This document shows positions 60,888 through 64,000 of a DNA stretch of 64,000 bases, one piece after another. Source of the stretch: an uncultured bacterium (GTDB taxonomy: Bacteria > JAJVIF01 > JAPKYR01). The stretch lies in assembly GCA_965369865.1 (NCBI GenBank), contig CBDURU010000001.1:61175-125174 (forward strand), given 5' to 3'. The position numbers and the translations under genes were made by a program. Below the pieces are notes generated by a model. The model ran no database searches. It saw nothing but the letters and a program-made list of their open reading frames with translations, and was not told the origin of the DNA. The stretch's first letter is position 1. The number at the start of each line of letters is the position of its first letter.

Positions 60888-61173
60888 TAAGAGCAATATC
60901 GTTAAACAAAAATTGATTGGACATATTTAACATTGATGTACGTCGGCAAGCACGTTAGACCCGAAATTTTTCAAGGCGTGCGGGATGGAGATGTCTCACT
61001 CAGCTTGCCAACGCAACGCGTTTAGTGTCGTTATTTAGATGAAGAAAAATTGGTTGGACATTTTTAGCATTGAGGGGGACACCTGATTTTGCCTCAGGGG
61101 GTTAGTAAAGGCTGGTGGGTAATACAAGAGGCAAAACCAGGTGTCCCCGATCTTGAAATGATCCATCGGCAAG
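60888..61173. repeat. Dispersed modular repeat, copies 2 (hairpin-less) and 3 (long GGGGACACCTG...CAGGTGTCCCC hairpin at 61075-61148)
   Basis: Aligns to 944-1110. Confidence 0.8.
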
Positions 61174-61253
61174 GTAAAAATTGAAAGCTTCAGGCCTGAT
61201 TTTGGTATACAATGGATGGAATCCCGAACACCTGGATTTCGGGAGTAAAAAAT

Positions 61254-61955
61254 ATGTCATACCTGATACTTATCGTTGAGGATGAAAAGGACCTGGTGAA
61301 ATCGCTTGAGTATAATCTCAGGAAGGAAGGTTACCAGACCCGTATCGCTTATGATGGGCAATCTGCAATTGAACATGCCGGTAAAAGCCCCCACCCGGAC
61401 CTTATTCTTCTTGATTTAATGCTCCCGGATATTTCCGGTACCGAAGTCTGCAGGCAGCTCAAGGGAGATGAGGCTACGAAACATATTCCGGTTATTATGG
61501 TTACCGCAAAGGGGAGTGAAATCGACAGGGTGGTCGGGTTTGAACTTGGTGTGGATGATTATGTGATCAAACCGTTCAATGTAAGGGAGTTACTTTTGAG
61601 AGTAAGGGCGGTACTCAGGCGCACCGGCATGACTTTTGGAGAAATTTCAAGCGGTACATATGGTTCACTGAGAATCGATGTCCCCGCGCACAGGGTCTGG
61701 GTTGAAGATGCTGAGATTAAACTCACCGCGCTGGAATTCAAACTTCTGGATACCCTGGTTGCACGGAGGGGACGCGTTCAATCGCGTGAAATGCTTCTCG
61801 GAGAAGCCTGGGGAATCGATTCTGATATTAACACCCGAACCGTGGATACCCATATTAAACGCCTGAGGGAAAAACTCGGCGTGTCGGGGATATGTATCGA
61901 GACAGTAAGAGGGGTTGGGTATCGCTTCCAGCAGGATGTGGAGGAAAATGACTAG
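61254..61955 (+). CDS. phoB: OmpR/PhoB-family response regulator (PhoB/PhoP-like)
   Basis: Start refined to MSYLILIVEDE; PDLILLDLMLP, TAKGSEIDRVVGFELGVDDYVIKPF, TRTVDTHIKRLREKL, ETVRGVGYRF. Confidence 0.8.
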   Translation: MSYLILIVEDEKDLVKSLEYNLRKEGYQTRIAYDGQSAIEHAGKSPHPDLILLDLMLPDISGTEVCRQLKGDEATKHIPVIMVTAKGSEIDRVVGFELGVDDYVIKPFNVRELLLRVRAVLRRTGMTFGEISSGTYGSLRIDVPAHRVWVEDAEIKLTALEFKLLDTLVARRGRVQSREMLLGEAWGIDSDINTRTVDTHIKRLREKLGVSGICIETVRGVGYRFQQDVEEND

Positions 61956-63714
61956 CAGGCTGAGTATACGTGCGAGGCTTTTCGTTATTTCGATCACAAT
62001 AATTCTGGTTATTGGCTTAATTGGCGGCACCTGGCTTGTGAGTAATCTCCGTACGTGGCTGGAATCGCGAATTGAAACCGAACTTATTCAAACCGCGAAT
62101 GTTTTTTCCGAAGTTCTGAATAACACGTCAAAAGAAATGATCGTTGGTGAAATTGATTCTATAACCGACCGCCTGGGTCGGGAATCGGCAGTCAGGTTCA
62201 CGGTAATCAACGAAGATGGGACAGTCCTTGGGGATTCGGAAATAGAAACGAGCGAGATCGGTACGATGGAAAATCATGGCGACCGCCCAGAAGTCATCGC
62301 CGCGATGGATTCCGGCCTTGGGATTTTGAGAAGATACAGCCTTACCCTGGATGCGCGGATGCTTTATATCGCCGTTCCGTTCCGGAATGAAGGCCGGAGC
62401 GGGGTAGTGCGAGTTGCCATGCCGTTGAGCGAGATCGATATTGCGGTGGGAAGAATCCGCTGGACGATCATGGTCGCGGGATTGATAGGCCTGGTATTAG
62501 CGGCCATCATGAGCGGTATCGCATCGAATTACATGTCTTCAACACTGAGATCGCTAATCGAATATGCCCGCGGGGTGAGTGAAAGGGCACACCGTCCGAG
62601 ACCTGAACTGTATCAGCACGATGAAATCGGTAAAATCGCGGGTTCAATCAATAAAATGGCCGAAGATCTCGAATTGGCTTTCAGTGAACTCGCTAAAGAA
62701 CGTAACCAGCTTCATACCGTGCTTGAGAGCATGAATGAAGGGGTACTTGCTGTGGATGAAGACCAGAAAGTGACCCTCGTTAATTCCGCAGCCATAAAGA
62801 TACTGGAACTGACCGATTCGGTCGCGGGAAAAAGCCTGATCGATATTCTCAGGGCACCTGCCTTGTTTGAAGCGATTTCAAACCATCGTGAAGGCAGTCA
62901 AATTTCAACGGAGTTCGATCTGCCCGGTTACGGAACCCCGCGAATCCTGGCGGCGATAACACCTATGGAGACTATTGGCGGGTGGTTAATTGTCATGCGG
63001 GACGTAACCGAAATCCGTAAACTTGAGACCGCGCGGAGGGATTTTTACGCGAACGCGTCCCACGAACTGAGGACGCCCGTGGGGATTATCCACGCGAATA
63101 TCGAGACACTTCTGAATGGCGCGATGGATGACGAGAAAATTTCACGCGAGTTCCTTGATGGAATTTACCGGGGCTCCCTGCGCCTGGCCAACCTTCTGAA
63201 TGATCTACTGCAAATTTCTCGGATTGAAGAAGGGAAATATGAACTCGAACTCGTTTCTGTTCAGATCGATAATGCAGTACAACGCTCTTTGGAAGCCATT
63301 TCCCAACTGGCGGAAACTAAAAATATTTCCATAACAAATAATGTTACAGACGAAATCGATGCAATAGCCGATTCAAATGCACTTGACGAAATCCTTGTTA
63401 ATCTCCTTGAGAATGCGATCAAGTACACCCCGGCAAGCGGCAAAGTTGTGATCCGGGCGATGCAGGAGAACGATCGTGTTCTTATTCGGGTAGAAGATAA
63501 CGGACCGGGGATAACACCGGTCCACCGTATACGGATATTCGAAAGATTCTACCGTGTCGATCCTGGCAGGTCTCGCGAGATGGGCGGTACGGGACTTGGC
63601 CTCGCGATTGTGAAACACCTTGTGAATGCGATGCGTGGGGAAGTCTGGATGGAACCGGCTCCTGTGGGCGGGTCGGTATTCGTAGTTTCACTCGGCATTA
63701 CGAAGAAGGTCTGA
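61948..63714 (+). CDS. phoR: Sensor histidine kinase, PhoR-like (TM-sensor-TM-HAMP-PAS-HisKA-HATPase)
   Basis: Start refined to MTSRLS; MENHGDRPEV, ANASHELRTP, NLLENAIKY, RIFERFYRVD..RSREMGGTGLGLAIVKH. Confidence 0.8.
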   Translation: MTSRLSIRARLFVISITIILVIGLIGGTWLVSNLRTWLESRIETELIQTANVFSEVLNNTSKEMIVGEIDSITDRLGRESAVRFTVINEDGTVLGDSEIETSEIGTMENHGDRPEVIAAMDSGLGILRRYSLTLDARMLYIAVPFRNEGRSGVVRVAMPLSEIDIAVGRIRWTIMVAGLIGLVLAAIMSGIASNYMSSTLRSLIEYARGVSERAHRPRPELYQHDEIGKIAGSINKMAEDLELAFSELAKERNQLHTVLESMNEGVLAVDEDQKVTLVNSAAIKILELTDSVAGKSLIDILRAPALFEAISNHREGSQISTEFDLPGYGTPRILAAITPMETIGGWLIVMRDVTEIRKLETARRDFYANASHELRTPVGIIHANIETLLNGAMDDEKISREFLDGIYRGSLRLANLLNDLLQISRIEEGKYELELVSVQIDNAVQRSLEAISQLAETKNISITNNVTDEIDAIADSNALDEILVNLLENAIKYTPASGKVVIRAMQENDRVLIRVEDNGPGITPVHRIRIFERFYRVDPGRSREMGGTGLGLAIVKHLVNAMRGEVWMEPAPVGGSVFVVSLGITKKV

Positions 63715-64000
63715 GACTAATACCATTTTCAGGTGCGCCGGCAATACTGTCGGCCACCAAAAAAAAAGGGCCACAGGAATGTGGGCGCACCGGAAATATA
63801 TTTTATTTTAAGCTTTGACAGCACCTTGCCGGTTTTTTCTGAAAAATATATCAACATGCCATTTAATCCGCGGTAGCGATGTTTTTTCATATCGCTGAAT
63901 TTTCCGCTTAAGCGCCTGTCTATTTTTATTTTTTCAGCATATTTCAAACTGCCGGATACCAGTAAAAACACAGAAATTCCCGCCATTACGGATATTAAAA

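Noticed and set aside
63727..63796. GGTGCGCC...GGCGCACC inverted repeat after phoR, and ORF 63729-63986
   Set aside because: Short arms and an uncertain role (terminator or repeat relic); the ORF has no recognisable features.
1..64000. CRISPR arrays, tRNA, rRNA, riboswitches
   Set aside because: No regularly spaced repeat-spacer array or recognisable structural RNA was seen by eye; a covariance search was not possible.

Overview
Bacterial chromosomal window, lineage not identifiable from sequence alone, that mixes core metabolism with a large accessory cell-surface repertoire. Core content: a group 3b-type NAD(P)-linked [NiFe]-hydrogenase operon with two cNMP-binding domains (one fused to the beta subunit), ispE, tryptophanase, a partial complex I operon (nuoHIJKLM) whose NuoH carries a ~310-aa inserted extracytoplasmic domain, and a PhoB/PhoR-like pair. 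Accessory content: five paralogous lipoproteins that share an unannotated N-terminal domain but have different C-terminal PKD/beta-propeller modules, a C13-like peptidase lipoprotein, an AT-rich TIR-NB-ARC-TPR gene, a large pilin-like protein, and IS, group IIC intron and REP/MITE-like remnants. The most striking feature is an ~11-kb array at 29.0-40.3 kb of alternating A and B genes. A genes have near-identical 5' DNA blocks, no secretion signal or clear start, and a diverged C-terminal His...Cys clan-CD-like domain. B genes encode exported YncE-like beta-propellers, three of them with conserved 3' ends. The array also holds an orphan B gene and scars of deleted cassettes, and looks like a recombination-shuffled polymorphic protease/cognate-partner (toxin-immunity-like) locus. 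All family calls come from motif recognition by eye; no searches were run.
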